Source of the DNA: Mobula hypostoma
Taxonomy: Eukaryota
Length of the DNA: 64,000 nucleotides
NCBI RefSeq assembly: GCF_963921235.1
Contig: NC_086097.1
Coordinates: 230,270,001-230,334,000 of the forward strand
Direction of reading: 5' to 3'
Both the position numbers and the translations under genes were made by a program. Positions 26,030 to 38,751 of the stretch are shown in pieces; the first letter of the stretch is position 1; every line of letters begins with the position of its first letter. A model generated the notes under the pieces. That model made no database searches. It was given only the letters and a program-made list of their open reading frames with translations, and was not told where the DNA came from.

Positions 26030-26400
26030 TTAATTATGTCATTAACACGCAGAAATGAGCAAACTTGCATCATATAGCATAGAAATATCATTGCTGGTAG
26101 CTATCAAAGTGAGGTTAAATTCACTTGAACATAAAGGAACTTAATCCTTGCTCTGTGAGCAGCCTGTACTTGGCCAGCACCAGTTTATATCTGATTACTT
26201 TAGTGTAGAGATTATTTGTGCACAGTTATAATTTGTAACCTTTCTGCCGACTAAATGAGTGTTTAAAAATAAACTGATTAATTGGTAGTCCTGTTGTCTT
26301 GACTCAGAATTGAGTATTATATTGAATGTATGCTTAAATTTCCTGCTAAAAATTTCTTATATTGATTACATGTACAAATAAATCTAATAAAGATAGCAAC

Positions 26401-26505
26401 CTCCGGGAGAGACGAGACTGTTTTGTTGATGACAATTTCGTTAGTCACCACAGTGCTGTAACCAGTAGATGGCTCCTTATCCACTGCCTTATGCTCATCT
26501 TCAGC
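26401..26505 (-). CDS. EPB41L3: Candidate lineage-specific EPB41L3 cassette exon; 3' boundary uncertain
   Basis: Very strong acceptor tttttcttctccttcag|GCT, then open phase-0 frame AEDEHKAVDKEPSTGYSTVVTNEIVINKTVSSLPE. Donor options are weak (GAG|gttgct after 26401, or ACTG|gttaca after 26463). No recalled homology. Confidence 0.45.
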
Positions 26506-26639
26506 CTGAAGGAGAAGAAAAATATTAATTTAATTTACAAGCCAGCCATATAGCATTCTAACTATACAGCTGAATATTTCAAGTATACAATTGGCATGTA
26601 AAGTGCAAAGGAAAATTTCCAGGCTCAAAACTATACAAG

Positions 26640-28247
26640 ACAACACCGAAACACAAGGAGGTGCTTGCTATCCTGAGGCAAATCAGGGTGGATAACTCCC
26701 CAGGGCCTGACAAGGTGTTCCTTCGGGATCTACAGGAGGCAAGTGCAGAAATTGCAGACGCCTAGCAGAGATATTTAAACCATCCTTAGTGACAGGAGAG
26801 GTACCAGAGGATTGGAGAACAGCCAGTGTTGATCTGCTGTTTAAGAAAGGCTGTAAACATAAACCAGAAAAAAATAGGCCAGTGAGTCTGACATCAGTTG
26901 TGGGAAAGTTATGGGAAAAGTATACCAAGGGACCAGATATATAGATATTTGGATAAACATGAACTGATTAAGGATAGCCAGCATAGCTTCATGCGTGGTA
27001 GGTCATGTCGAACCATTCTTAAAGAATATTTTGAGGAAACCACCAGGAAAGTGGATGAAGGCAGGGCAGTGGGTGTTGTCTACATGGACTTTAGCAAGGC
27101 ATCTGACAAGGTCCCGCGTGGGAGGTTGGTCGAGAAGATTAGTTGCTCAGCATTCAAGATGAGGTAGTAAATTTGGATTAGACGTTGGCTTTGTGGGAGA
27201 AGCCAAAGGGTGGTAAGTAGAGGGTTGCCTCCCTGGCTGGAGGCCTTTGACTAGTGCTGTGTTACAGGGATCAGTGTTGGGTCTGTTGTTGTTTGTCACT
27301 ATATCAATGATCTGGATGATAATGTGGTTAACTGGATCAGCAAATTTGCAGATGACACCAAGACTGGGGGTGCAGTGGACAGCGAGGAAGGCTATCATTG
27401 CTTGCAGGGGGGATCCGCATCAGCTGGAACAATGGGCTGAAAAATGGCAGATGGAATTTAATGCAGACAAGTGCAAGGTGCTGCACTTTAGCAGGACCAA
27501 CCAAAGCAGGTCTTACACAGTGAACAGTAGGGCACTGAGGAGTGTGGTAGAACAAAGGGATCTGGGAAAACAGGTTCATAATTCATTGAATGTGCCAGCA
27601 CAGGTAGATAGGGGTCGTAAAGAAAGCTTTTGACATATAGGCCTTCATAAACCAATGAAGATATGATGGAATGTTGAAGTTGTATAAGGCATTAGTGAGG
27701 CCTAATTTGGAGTTTTGTGTGCAGTTTTGGTCACCACCTACAGGAAAGAGGTAAATAAGATTGAAAGGGTACAGAGAAAATTTATTAGGATGTTGCTGGG
27801 TCTGGAGGACCTGAGTTATAAGAAAAGATTCAATAGGTTAGGACTTTATTCCTTAGAATGTAGAAGAATGAGGGGAGATTTGACAGAGGTATAAAAAATT
27901 ATGAAGCGTATAGATAGGATAAATACAAGCAGGCTTCTTCCACTGAAGTTAGGTGGAACTATAACCAGAGGTCATGAGTTAAGGGTGAAAGGTGGAAAGT
28001 TTAAGGGGAACATGAGGGGAAACTTCTTCACTCAGAGGGTCATAGAGTGTGCAATGAGTTGCCAGTGCAAGTGGTCCATGTGAATATGATTTTAAGCGAA
28101 GTTTGGATAGATACATGGAAGTAGAGGTACAGAGGCCCATAGTCCTAGAGCAGGTCAATGGGAGTAGGCTGTTTAAATGGTTTTGGCATGGACTACAATG
28201 ATTGAAGGGCCTGTTTCTGTGTTGTACTTCTGTATGACTCTATGACT
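26640..28247 (+). mobile_element. Degenerate CR1 LINE (RT region to 3' end)
   Basis: [33 protein letters not shown]; tatgactc tail. Confidence 0.9.
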
Positions 28248-28251
28248 CCAA

Positions 28252-28490
28252 AAGATTCTGCGGAGCAACACACATAAAATGCTGGAGGAACTCAGCAAGC
28301 TGGGCAGCATCTATGGAAGAGTAAACAGTCGATGTTTTAGGCTGAGACCCTTCATCAGGGTCCTGAAGAAGGGTCCCAGCCCAAAACATTGACTGCCTGC
28401 TAATTTCCATAGATGCTGCCTGGCCTGCTGAGTTCCGCCAACATTTTGTGTGTGTTGCTTTGGATTTCCAGCAGCTGCAGATTTTCTTGT
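28252..28490. mobile_element. Best-preserved palindromic element with back-to-back hammerhead cores
   Basis: Axis at 28360/28361: ..agacccttcatcagg|gt|cctgaagaagggtcc..; arms of about 100 bp are reverse complements. Confidence 0.85.
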
Positions 28491-28492
28491 TA

Positions 28493-28519
28493 GAGATTCT
28501 GCAGAGGTTGGAAATCCAG

Positions 28520-28569
<50 letters not shown>

Positions 28570-28655
28570 AGACACACACACACTTCTGGAGGAACTGAGC
28601 AGGTCAGGCAGCATCTATGGAGAAGAATAAAAAGCCGATGTTTCAAACTGAGACT
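28493..28655 (+). repeat. Half copy of the palindromic element with an expanded (CA)n microsatellite (about 28524-28583)
   Basis: The element's own acacaca seed is expanded into a long CA tract. Confidence 0.85.
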
Positions 28656-29277
28656 CTAGGCATGTTAAGATTCTGCGTATGTGCCCCTCCCAGACATTGT
28701 TTAATTCACAAGTAGAAGATTGAAGGGAGCATTTTTACATTTTGCACTTGTGACTGATCAGGCTTCACTTTATGAGGATGAATATTGTTCCCAATGCATA
28801 AAACCTTAAGTCATGATGATCACAGAGTTACTACAACAAAGAAGAACACTGAAAAATAAAATTAGGGGAATAAAATTCAGTTCACAAATATGCCACGAGT
28901 ACTGTGCGTATCTCTAAATAAATGAATAACAATCAATCAACTAACAGTTATTTTGCATAATTTTCAGACACCTGAAGTCAATGCAGCTGAAAATTGGTAA
29001 TGCAAATATAAAATAATTGTGATGCTGTTGAGCTGAACCTAAACACAGCAGGGCATCTGAAAAAGGTCCAGAAAAGGATTCACACAAATTATTGATACGT
29101 TTTTGTCTGACACCTTCCACAGCCAACTTGGAAAATAAGGCACCTTACTCAGGAAAAAAAATGTAAATGTCAAGGGAGTTTTAAAAAATGTGCAGATTAG
29201 GCTTGGTTGATCTAGATAGTATATGGAGGAATTTAAGTTGGGGGCTTATATGGGAGGCATGGTTTGAGGGTCGGCAT

Positions 29278-31499
29278 AGGTTCTGAACTTAAAGAGGGGT
29301 AACTTTGAAGGTATGAGACGTGAATTAGCTAAGATAGACTGGCAAATGACACTTAAAGGATTGACGGTGGATATGCAATGGCAAGCATTTAAGGATTGCA
29401 TGGATGAACTACAATTGTTCATCCCAGTTTGGCAAAAAAATAAATCAAGGAAGGTAGTGCACCCGTGGCTGACAAGGGAAATTAGGGATAGTATCAATTC
29501 CAAAGAAGAAGCATACAAATTAGCCAGGAAAAGTGGCTCACCTGAGGACTGGGAGAAATTCAGAGTTCAGCAAAGGAGGGCAAAGGGCTTAATTAGGAAG
29601 GGGAAAAAAGATTATGAGAGAAAACTGGCAGGGAACATAAAAACTGACTGTAAAAGCTTTTATAGATATGTAAAAAGGAAAAGACTGGTAAAGACAAATG
29701 TAGGTCCCCTACAGACAGAAACAGGTGAATTGATTATGGGGAGCAAGGACATGGCAGACCAATTGAATAATTACTTTGGTTCTGTCTCCACTAAGGAGGA
29801 CATAACTAATCTTCCAGAAATAGTAGGGGACAGAGAGTCCAGCGAGATGGAGGAACTGAGCGAAATACATGTTAGTAGGGAAGTGGTGTTGGGTAAATTG
29901 AAGGGATTAAAGGCAGATAAATCCCCAGGGCCAGATGGTCTGCATCCTAGAGTGCTTAAGGAAGTAGCCCAAGAAATAGTGGATGCATTAGTGATAATTT
30001 TTCAAAACTCGTTAGATTCTGGACTAGTTCCTGAGGATTGGAGGGTGGCTAATGTAACCTCACTTTTTAAAAAAGGAGAGAGAGAGAAACTAGGGAATTA
30101 TAGACCGGTTAGCCTAACGTCGGTGGTGGGGAAACTGCTGGAGTCAGTTATCAAAGATGTGATAACAGCACATTTGGAAAGCGGTGAAATCATCGGACAA
30201 AGTCAGCATGGATTTGTGAAAGGAAAATCATGTCTGACGAATATCATAGAATTTTTTGAGGATGTAACTAGTAGAGTGGATAGGGGAGAACCAGTGGATG
30301 TGGTATATTTGGATTTTCAAAAGGCTTTTGACAAGGTCCCACACAGGAGATTAGTGTGCAAACTTAAAGCACACGGTATTGGGGGTAAGGTATTGATGTG
30401 GATAGAGAATTGGTTAGCAGACAGGAAGCAAAGAGTGGGAATAAACGGGACCTTTTCAGAATGGCAGGCAGTGACTAGTGGGGTACCGCAAGGCTCAGTG
30501 CTAGGACCCCAGTTGTTTACAATATATATTAATGACTTTGACGAGGGAATTAAATGCAGCATCTCCAAGTTTGCGGATGACATGAAGCTGGGCGGCAGTG
30601 TTAGCTGTGAGGAGGATGCTAAGAGGATGCAGGGTGACTTGGATAGGTTGGGTGAGTGGGCAAATTCATGGCAGATGCAATTTAATGTGGATAAATGTGA
30701 AGTTATCCACTTTGGTGGCAAAAATAGGAAAACAGATTATTATCTGAATGGTGGTCAATTAGGAAAAGGGGAGGTGCAACGAGACCTGGGTGTCATTATA
30801 CACCAGTCATTGAAAGTGGGCATGCAGGTACAGCAGGCGGTGAAAAAGGCGAATGGTATGTTGGCATTTATAGCGAGAGGATTCGAGTACAGGAGCAGGG
30901 AGGTACTACTGCAGTTGTACAAGGCCTTGGTGAGACCACACCTGGAGTATTGTGTGCAGTTTTGGTCCCCTAATCTGAGGAAAGACATCCTTGCCATAGA
31001 GGGAGTACAAAGAAGGTTCACCAGATTGATTCCTGGGATGGCAGGACTTTCATATGAAGAAAGACTGGATGAACTGGGCTTGTACTCGTTGGAATTTAGA
31101 AGATTGAGGGGGGATCTGATTGAAATGTATAAGATCCTAAAGTGATTGGACAGGCTAGATGCAGGAAGATTGTTCCCGATGTTGGGGAAGTCCAGAATGA
31201 GGGGTCACAGTTTGAGGATAAAGGGGAAGCCTTTTAGGACTGAGATTAGGAAAAACTTCTTCACACAGAGAGTGGTGAATCTGTGGAACTCTCTGCCACA
31301 GGAAACAGTTGAAGCCAGTTGATTGGCTATATTTAAGAGGGAGTTAGATATGGCCCTTGTGGCTACGGGGATCAGCGGGTATGGAGGGAAGGCTGGTGCA
31401 GGGTTCTGAGTTGGATGATCAGCCATGATCATAATAAATGGCGGTGCAGGCTCGAAGGGCCGAATGGCCTACTCCTGCACCTATTTTCTATGTTTCTAT
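29278..31499 (+). mobile_element. Young 5'-truncated CR1 LINE with a 610-aa open ORF2 segment
   Basis: [53 protein letters not shown]; premature TGA at 31143; intact tail. Inserted into an older CR1 3' UTR. Confidence 0.96.
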
Positions 31500-32199
31500 A
31501 ACATTGTGGGCCAAAGGGCCTGTACTGTGCTGTACTATTCTATAGGTCCTGTAAATATTAGCTAGATGGGTTACATATACATGATTGTAAATAAATTCTC
31601 ATTAGCAGTAATGTCGCTTGTCTCCTCAAGCCTATTCTGTCATTCAACATCAAATCTAATCTGATGAAAGTCTCAAGTTCTTGCTCCCACCTATAATTAG
31701 CAGCCTATCATGCATTTTCTTAATACATATATAATCTGCCTTAAAAATATTCAAGGACTCCACTTCCAGTGCCCTTTGAGGAAAGTATTTTCTAATTCTG
31801 CTATGTCAAGATCCATCCATTTCAGGTACCAGTATAAGAAGTGTTGGAAACCATTGTTTTTTATTAATAAAACTTCTCATAGGATTTGTACTTTTTAACA
31901 AACTCATGTATTTTACACACACACTGACAGAAAGTGGTATAGCAATTTATCACCTTTCTCAGTTTTCATTGGCTAATTATTAGCGCATTACCCACGTGAT
32001 GTAATTCATTAATTAATTCACTGTCATCTATGGAATTTTCTTTATCTCATCTATAAAAGTAATAGATTCTTCAGAAGCGCCATCTTTTATTTCTTTTTAT
32101 TCCTTTGTCTTACACCCCTTAACATTAATTCCCCTCTTAACATAATTTCTCAGTGCTTTGTATTTGTATGTTTGCTTGTACTCTAAAATAAACTGAAAC

Positions 32200-33305
32200 G
32201 TTGAAATTAAGACTGCTCACCATTCTTGCCTCCTGGAGGAACCCTAAGGATCAGAAATTAAACAGAGATCCAATAGAAACCTTCTCTGAACTGCTCCCAA
32301 TGGATTTGCATCCATTATTAAAGAAGTCTAATACTGCACAAAGTTAATCCAAATGTGATCTTAACAATACCTTGTATACTGAATCATAACCTATTTATAT
32401 TTTTATTCTATTTCCCTCACAATAAATGATAATATTCTGTTAGCTTTCCTAATTACTCACTATATTAGACTTGTATGAATCATGCATTAAGACATCCAGA
32501 TTTCTCTGCATACAAGGGCTCTGCAAACTCTCATTATTTAAATAATATGAATTTTATTACAAATTGTACTTTCTGACCTAGTTTTATGTCATTAGTAAAT
32601 TCAGTAAACATACCTTTGACGCCTTCATTCATAAAAAGTTGAGACCCTAATGAAAATTCCTGTGTCACCTACTTGTTATGGCTTACCAATCAGAAAATAA
32701 CTCAATTATGTCTACTTTCAGCCATTTCTGGCTTTTATCCACACCAATCTTCAATCCAAGAACTTTTTGACATGGCAACTTATCAAATTCCTTCCTGAAA
32801 CACAAATGTACCTACTAATTCCTTCAGGAGGTAATTGGTGCTGGAGAAAAAGAGCTCCAATTAATTAATCAAATATGATTTTCCTAACACAAAATCAGGT
32901 TGGTGTTGTCCAAAAAAATGATATTTTTTTCTTAAATGCTTTGCTAAAATACCTTTAACAGTAGCTTCTAGCATTCTCCCATGACAAAAGTTAACCTAAT
33001 TGGCCTGTAGTTTCCTGCATTCCATTGTCCTTCCCTTCTAGAATAAAGGAGTTATATTTGAAATTTTACAATCTAATGGAACCTCTAAGGGATTTTTGGA
33101 AAATTAAAACCAACTAACAATTCACATTTTTCAAGATCCTTGGATGATCTCCAATAGGACCAAGAATTTGTCAGTTCTCTGCTCCAAAAGTTTTCTCAAC
33201 ACTATTTCTTGAAAAATTGCAATTTTCCTACCTTTCTCCCTCACATGCTATTCTCTAATAGTTACAAGTGATGTAAAATACCTGTTTCATTCATCTGCCA
33301 CCTTC
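32200..33305 (-). mobile_element. Highly decayed CR1 remnant
   Basis: Faint RT motif remnants (YRPI.LT- and F.KEFDK-like) on the minus strand. Confidence 0.55.
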
Positions 33306-33311
33306 TTATAA

Positions 33312-36300
33312 CCGGAAAGGCTCCCTTTATTCCCAATCTTTGCCTCCTGCCAATCAGTCACTACTTTACCCATGCTAGAATCTTTCCTGTAATAGCTTGG
33401 GCTCGTAGCTTGTTAAGCAGCCTTATGTGTGCAACTTGTCAAAGGCCTTCTGAAAATCCAAATAAACAATATCAACCATTTCTCCTTTGTCCATCCTGCT
33501 TGTTATTTCTTCAAAGATAGGCAAGATTTTCCCTTGAAGAAACCATGCTGACTATGGTCCATTTTAGCATGTGCCTCCAAGTACCTCAAGACTTCATCCT
33601 TAATAATTGACTCCATTATCTTCCCAACCACTGAGGTCGGACTAACTGGTCTATAGTTTTCTTTCTTCTGCTTCTCCCCCTTCCTGAAAAGTGGAGTGAC
33701 ATTTGCAATTTTCCAATGTTCAAGAACCATTCCAGAATTTATTGATTCTTGAAAAATCATTACTAATGCCTCCACAAGCTCTTCAGACACCTCTTTCAGA
33801 ACCCTGGTGTGTACAATTTGGTCCAGGTGACTTATCTACATTCAGACCTTTTAGTTTCCTAAGAACCTTCTCTCTAGTTATGGTAACTTCACACACTTTA
33901 TGACCCTGACATCTAGAACTTCCAACATAGTGACAGAGTCTTCCACAGTGAAGATAGATGCAAAATACTTATTCAGTCCATCCACCAATGGAGGTAGTCC
34001 TCCATTACTACCTCTCCAGCATTGTTTCCCGGTGGTCCGATGTCCACTCTTGACTGTCTTTTACACTTTATGTATCTGAAGAAACTTTTGGTATCCTCTT
34101 TAATATTACTGGCTAGCTTACTTTCGTGTCCCAACTTTACCATCTTAATGACTTTTTAGTTGCCTTCTGTTGATTCTTAAAACCTTCCCAGTCGTCCAAC
34201 TTCCCACTGATTTTGGTGATATTATATGCCCTCTGGCTTTTACGTCGGCTTCGACTTTTGTTGTTAGCCAAGATTGTATCATCTTTCTTTTAGAATACTT
34301 CTTCCTCTTTGGGACATATATATCCCGTGCCTTCATAAATTCCAGCCATAGCTGCTCTACCATCATCCCTGCCAGTGCTTTCTCCAGTCAATTCCGGCCA
34401 ACTCCTCTCTCATGCCTCTAATTCCCTTGACTCTACTGTAAATACTAACTTTAGCTTCTCCATCTCAAATTTCAGGGTGAATTCGATCATATATCATCAC
34501 TTGTCACTAAGGGTTATTTTACATTAAGCTCTCTAATCAATCCTGGTTCATTGCACAACACCCATTCCAGAATAGCTGATCCCAGGGTGGACTCAACCAT
34601 GAGCTGCTCTAAAATGCCACCTCTTTGGAATTCTAGAACTCTAGAACTCTGGGAATCCAGCACCAACCTCATTTTCCCAATCTACCTGTATATTGAAATC
34701 CCCATGACTATTGTAACAAGTCCTTTTGACGTGTATTTTCTATCTCCTATTGTAATTTGTAGGCCACATCCTTATTACTGCTTGGGGGTCTGTATATAGT
34801 TCCCATCAGGGTCTTTTTACCCTTGCAATTCCTGAGCTCTGTCCACAACGATTCAACATCTTCCGACTTTATGTCACCTCTTTCTAATGATTTTATTTCA
34901 TTTTTTACCAACAGAGCAATGCCACCCCCTCTGCCTTCCTGCCTATCCTTCTGATACAATGTGTATCCTTGGACATTAAGATCCCAGGTATCATCTTCTT
35001 TCAGCCATGATTCAGTGATGCTTACAAATTCATACCTGCCAGTTTGCAACTGTGCTGCAAGTCATCAACCTTATTCCATATACTGTATTGTGCACATTCA
35101 AATATAGCACCTTCAGTCCTGTATTCACCCTTGTTGATTTTGTCCACCTTTTATGTCACAACTCACACTGTTGACTGGAATTTTGCCGCATCAACAGCCT
35201 CTCCTCACTGCACATTGCCTCTGTTTGCAAACCAACTACCTCATCTTCAGCACTATAATCCACCTTTCCTATGATACTTCCTGCACTGAAATAGACGCAG
35301 TTCAGGACACTAGTCGCACCATGCTCAACCTTTTGATCCCTAACTTTGTCAGGGGTTTTACCAATATCTGCCTCCACAAGCTCTCCACTATCTGTTCTGG
35401 TACTCTGGTTCCCATCCCCTTGCAACTCTAGTTTAAACCCCACTGTGCAGCATTAACAAACCTTCCCGCTAGGATATTAGTCCCCCTCAAGTTTGGGTGC
35501 AAACCGACCCTTCTATACAGGTCCCACCTTCCCTGGAAGAGAGACCAATGATTCAAAAATCGTATGCCCTCCCTCCTACACCAACTCCTTAGCCATGTAT
35601 TAAACTGTATAATCTTCCTAGTTCTGAAACTCATTAGCACATGGCACAGGTAGCAATCCTGAGATCACAACCCTGGAGGTCTTGCCCTTTAACTTAGCAC
35701 CCAACTCCCTGAACTCCCTATGCAGAACCTCGTCACTCGTCCTACCCATGTCACTGGTACCTATATGGACCACAACTTCCGGCTGTTCACCCTCCCACTT
35801 AAGAATGCTGAGTGTTCAATCGAAGGTGTCCCGGACCCTGGCACCCGGGAGGCAACATACCATTCAGAAATCTCATTCTCACCCACAGAACCTCCTGTCC
35901 GTTCCCCTGACTAACGAATCCCCTATCACCACAGCATCCCTCTTCTTTCCCCTTCGCTTCTGAGTCACAGAGGCAGACTCAGTGCCACAGACCCGACCAC
36001 TGAGACTTTCCTCTGTTAGGTCATCCCCCATGACAGTATCCAAAATGATATACCCGTTGTTGAGGGGAATGGCCACAGGGATACTCTGCACTGGCTCCTT
36101 GACCCCTTTCCCCCTCCTGACTGTCACCCAGTTTCCTGTGTCCTGCACCTTGGGCGTAACTACCTCTGTATGTATCCTATCTATCATCCCCTCAACTTCG
36201 CAAATGATCCTGAGTTCATCCAGTTCCAGCTCCAACTCCTTAATGCGGAGTGTTAGAAGCTGCAGCTGGATGCATTTCTCGCAGTTGTAGTCATCCGGGA

Positions 36301-36560
36301 TATTGGAGGTCTCCATGCCTTCCCACATCCTGTAAGAGGAGCATTCAACTATCCTGCCTGTCATCCCTAGCTGAGCAGAAGTAAAGAAGGGAAGGGAAAA
36401 AAAACTTAACCTGGATCTTTTCTTTTCCTTGATTTCTCTGACTGAAGCCTCTCTTCGTTGAAGCCCAAGAGCTAAGCTTCAAGATCACCACCCTGACTCT
36501 ATACACTCAGACGAGAGCAGCTGCAACGATGGCTGCTGCACTTGCACCCACCTCCCTTCA
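33312..36560 (-). mobile_element. CR1 LINE retaining the 5' UTR, ORF1 (zinc finger, coiled coil, SGNH esterase) and APE endonuclease; truncated within RT
   Basis: ORF1: VECSS..MWE..DYNCEKCIQLQLL..ELELELDEL..VIGDSLVRGTDRRFCG..DLYRR.GLHPN..GTNILAGRF. ORF2: ITESWL..RGGGIALLV..GTIYRPP..NYRPVS.TS. Confidence 0.9.
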
Positions 36561-36629
36561 ATTTGCTCTTGCTAATCAATCAATAATAAACAATGCTAAT
36601 CAATCATAAACGCCAACTGGCCGCTGGTC

Positions 36630-36840
36630 AAAAGAAAAGGAGGAGGGGACCTACGCGGAGGTGATAGACAGGTGAGAAGAGCTAAGGGGTGAAAGTGGGA
36701 AATACAAGAGGGGAGGGGGAGGGATTTATTTTTTTAAACGGGAAGGAGAAATCGATATTCATGCCATCAGGTTGGAGACTACACAGCCGGAATATAATGT
36801 GTTGTTCCTCTATTTGGCCTCATCTTGACACAATAGGCCA
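36630..36840 (-). mobile_element. Penelope-like GIY-YIG/3' fragment
   Basis: Similar to 17600-17850 (EEQHIIFRL..LQPDGMNIDFS). Confidence 0.7.
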
Positions 36841-37239
36841 TGAACCATCACATGCCATTAATTTGGAGGCTACTCCTTTTTAGTTCTCTTCTGTTTTATC
36901 TACAGAAACCTTAATATATTACTAGCTAGCTGCACCCCCTACCTCCTTATCCTTTCTTATTAACGTTTTAGTTATTCTTCATTGTTTTTTTTGTATTCTA
37001 CTCAATCTTCTAACCTGCTACCTGTTACTGGCTAATTACAGTGCAATTTCACTATCACACCCATATTACATGTTACTACATTTCATGTGAACTTACTATT
37101 TACCTAAATTTGGAATTTCTTCTTCAAATATCTGGACCTCTACTCCATTTCCAAGACATGGCTTTATATCTCAATGACTTCCCCCAGCCAATGTTTAGTA
37201 GGTAATTTGGCCTCTCAAGTCCGTCCCACCATTTAAAAT

Positions 37240-37603
37240 TTTGAAAGGGATCGATGAAATAGAAGTAGGAAAGTTGTTTCCATTGGTAGGCGAGACTAGA
37301 ACTAGGGAGCATTGCCTCAAGATTCAGGGGAGAAGATTTAGGATGGAGATGAGGAGAAACTGTTTTTCCCAGAGAGTGGTGAATCTGTGGAATTCTCTGC
37401 CCAGGGAAGCAGTTGAGGCTTCTTCACTAAATATATTTAATATACAGTTAGATAGATTTTTACATAGTAAGGAAATTAAGGGTCATGGAGAAAAGGCAGG
37501 TAGATGAAGCTGAGTTTACGGACAGATCAGCCATGATCTTATTGAATAGCAGGGGCAGGTTCGATGGGCCGGATAACCTCCTCCTGCTCCTATTTCTTGT
37601 GTT
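37240..37603 (+). mobile_element. CR1 3' fragment
   Basis: RRNCFSQRVVNLWNSLP; same subfamily as 2630-3003. Confidence 0.88.
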
Positions 37604-38562
37604 CAATATGATCATTGCTGAACTACCCCATAATAGCCTTCAATTCTATAAAAGTATCTGCTTTTTTTTTAATGGCTAACTGAACTATTCTTCAATTCCA
37701 TTTTACCACCCCAAAATCATATGAGCACCCTACAGTGCAAAGATCTACTTGTTTCAGGCTGAAATATACATAATATTTTCCTGGGAATAGTATAAACAGC
37801 TAAAGGAAGAAGGAGGCTCCATTAGCTTCCCCATCCTCAAGAGATTCTGCTGGAAACACTGGATTCAGCAGGTTAGTTGATCTGCCAAGAATGATTTTTG
37901 ATTTCAGTTATTGGCAATGCTTAATCACAGCGATCTGCGAACATTGTCAATGTTGTTGCACTGAAATTATTATGCATGGAATGGATTTGTTTCACAAATG
38001 TAGCAAAGAACATAAAATTCTGTCTTTCAATACAGCAGACTCTCAAGATCAGGGTCCAGCATCGGCTTCTGATTCAATGTCAATGTCAGTAACACAGTAT
38101 GAAGTAGGAGATGTGGGGAATTAAGCCAAATGAAACGTCTACTATACACATGAAAAACAACAGAGATCAGATGATACCTTTGCTAATCTTGCATCTTCTT
38201 TCATCACAGTGTCAGACGTGGCAACAGTCTGTTTTTCCACCGGCTTGCTTTCTAGCGTCTCACCAACGTCTGCTTTGGTCTGCTAGGTTAAAACATTTTA
38301 GTGACATGTATGAAATTGTTCAGAATGGTTTGCATTAAAACTGAAATACAAAATGAACCAGAACAGCTTGGAAAGCATACTGTTGTATCACTGCTCTAGA
38401 TAACGGCACTTGTAAAAATAATCTAGTGAGCTATTTAACAACGCTGCAAGATATAATTTTAGCATCAAAAAGATGAAGAAAATGGCTTGTGTTTGTTGTC
38501 ATGTTCAAAGCCCTCAAATGTGAAATAGAACAGTTTTAAAATAACAAAATAATATGAATTAC

Positions 38563-38751
38563 CTCTTCAGGCACAAGGGGTTCAATCATGGGTAAATCCT
38601 CATTCTTCGAAAAGGATCTGATAGGTGAGGCAGACAACCTCTTTTCCCATTCATCAGGCCCACTTTCAGCTGTAGATTCCAGAAATGTTCTTTTCATCTC
38701 ATTTATGTTGGCATGGTGCTTAACCACCTCTTCCTGAGTTTTGTCATATTC
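38563..38751 (-). CDS. EPB41L3: EPB41L3 SAB-domain exon
   Basis: caaag|GAA...GAG|gtaatt, 189 nt; EYDKTQEEVVKHHANINEMKRTFLES...EWEKRLSASP...PMIEPLVPEE. Confidence 0.94.

Noticed and set aside
28240..28646. ORFs with CVCV/HTHT runs
   Set aside because: Translations of a (CA)n microsatellite.
28941..29126. Minus-strand ORF after ttttccaag as a possible exon
   Set aside because: Weak donor, no homology, and its phase does not fit the next candidate exon.
31655..31680. ctgatga as another hammerhead core
   Set aside because: No stem II or GAAAC-NUH follows; likely chance or an old repeat tail.
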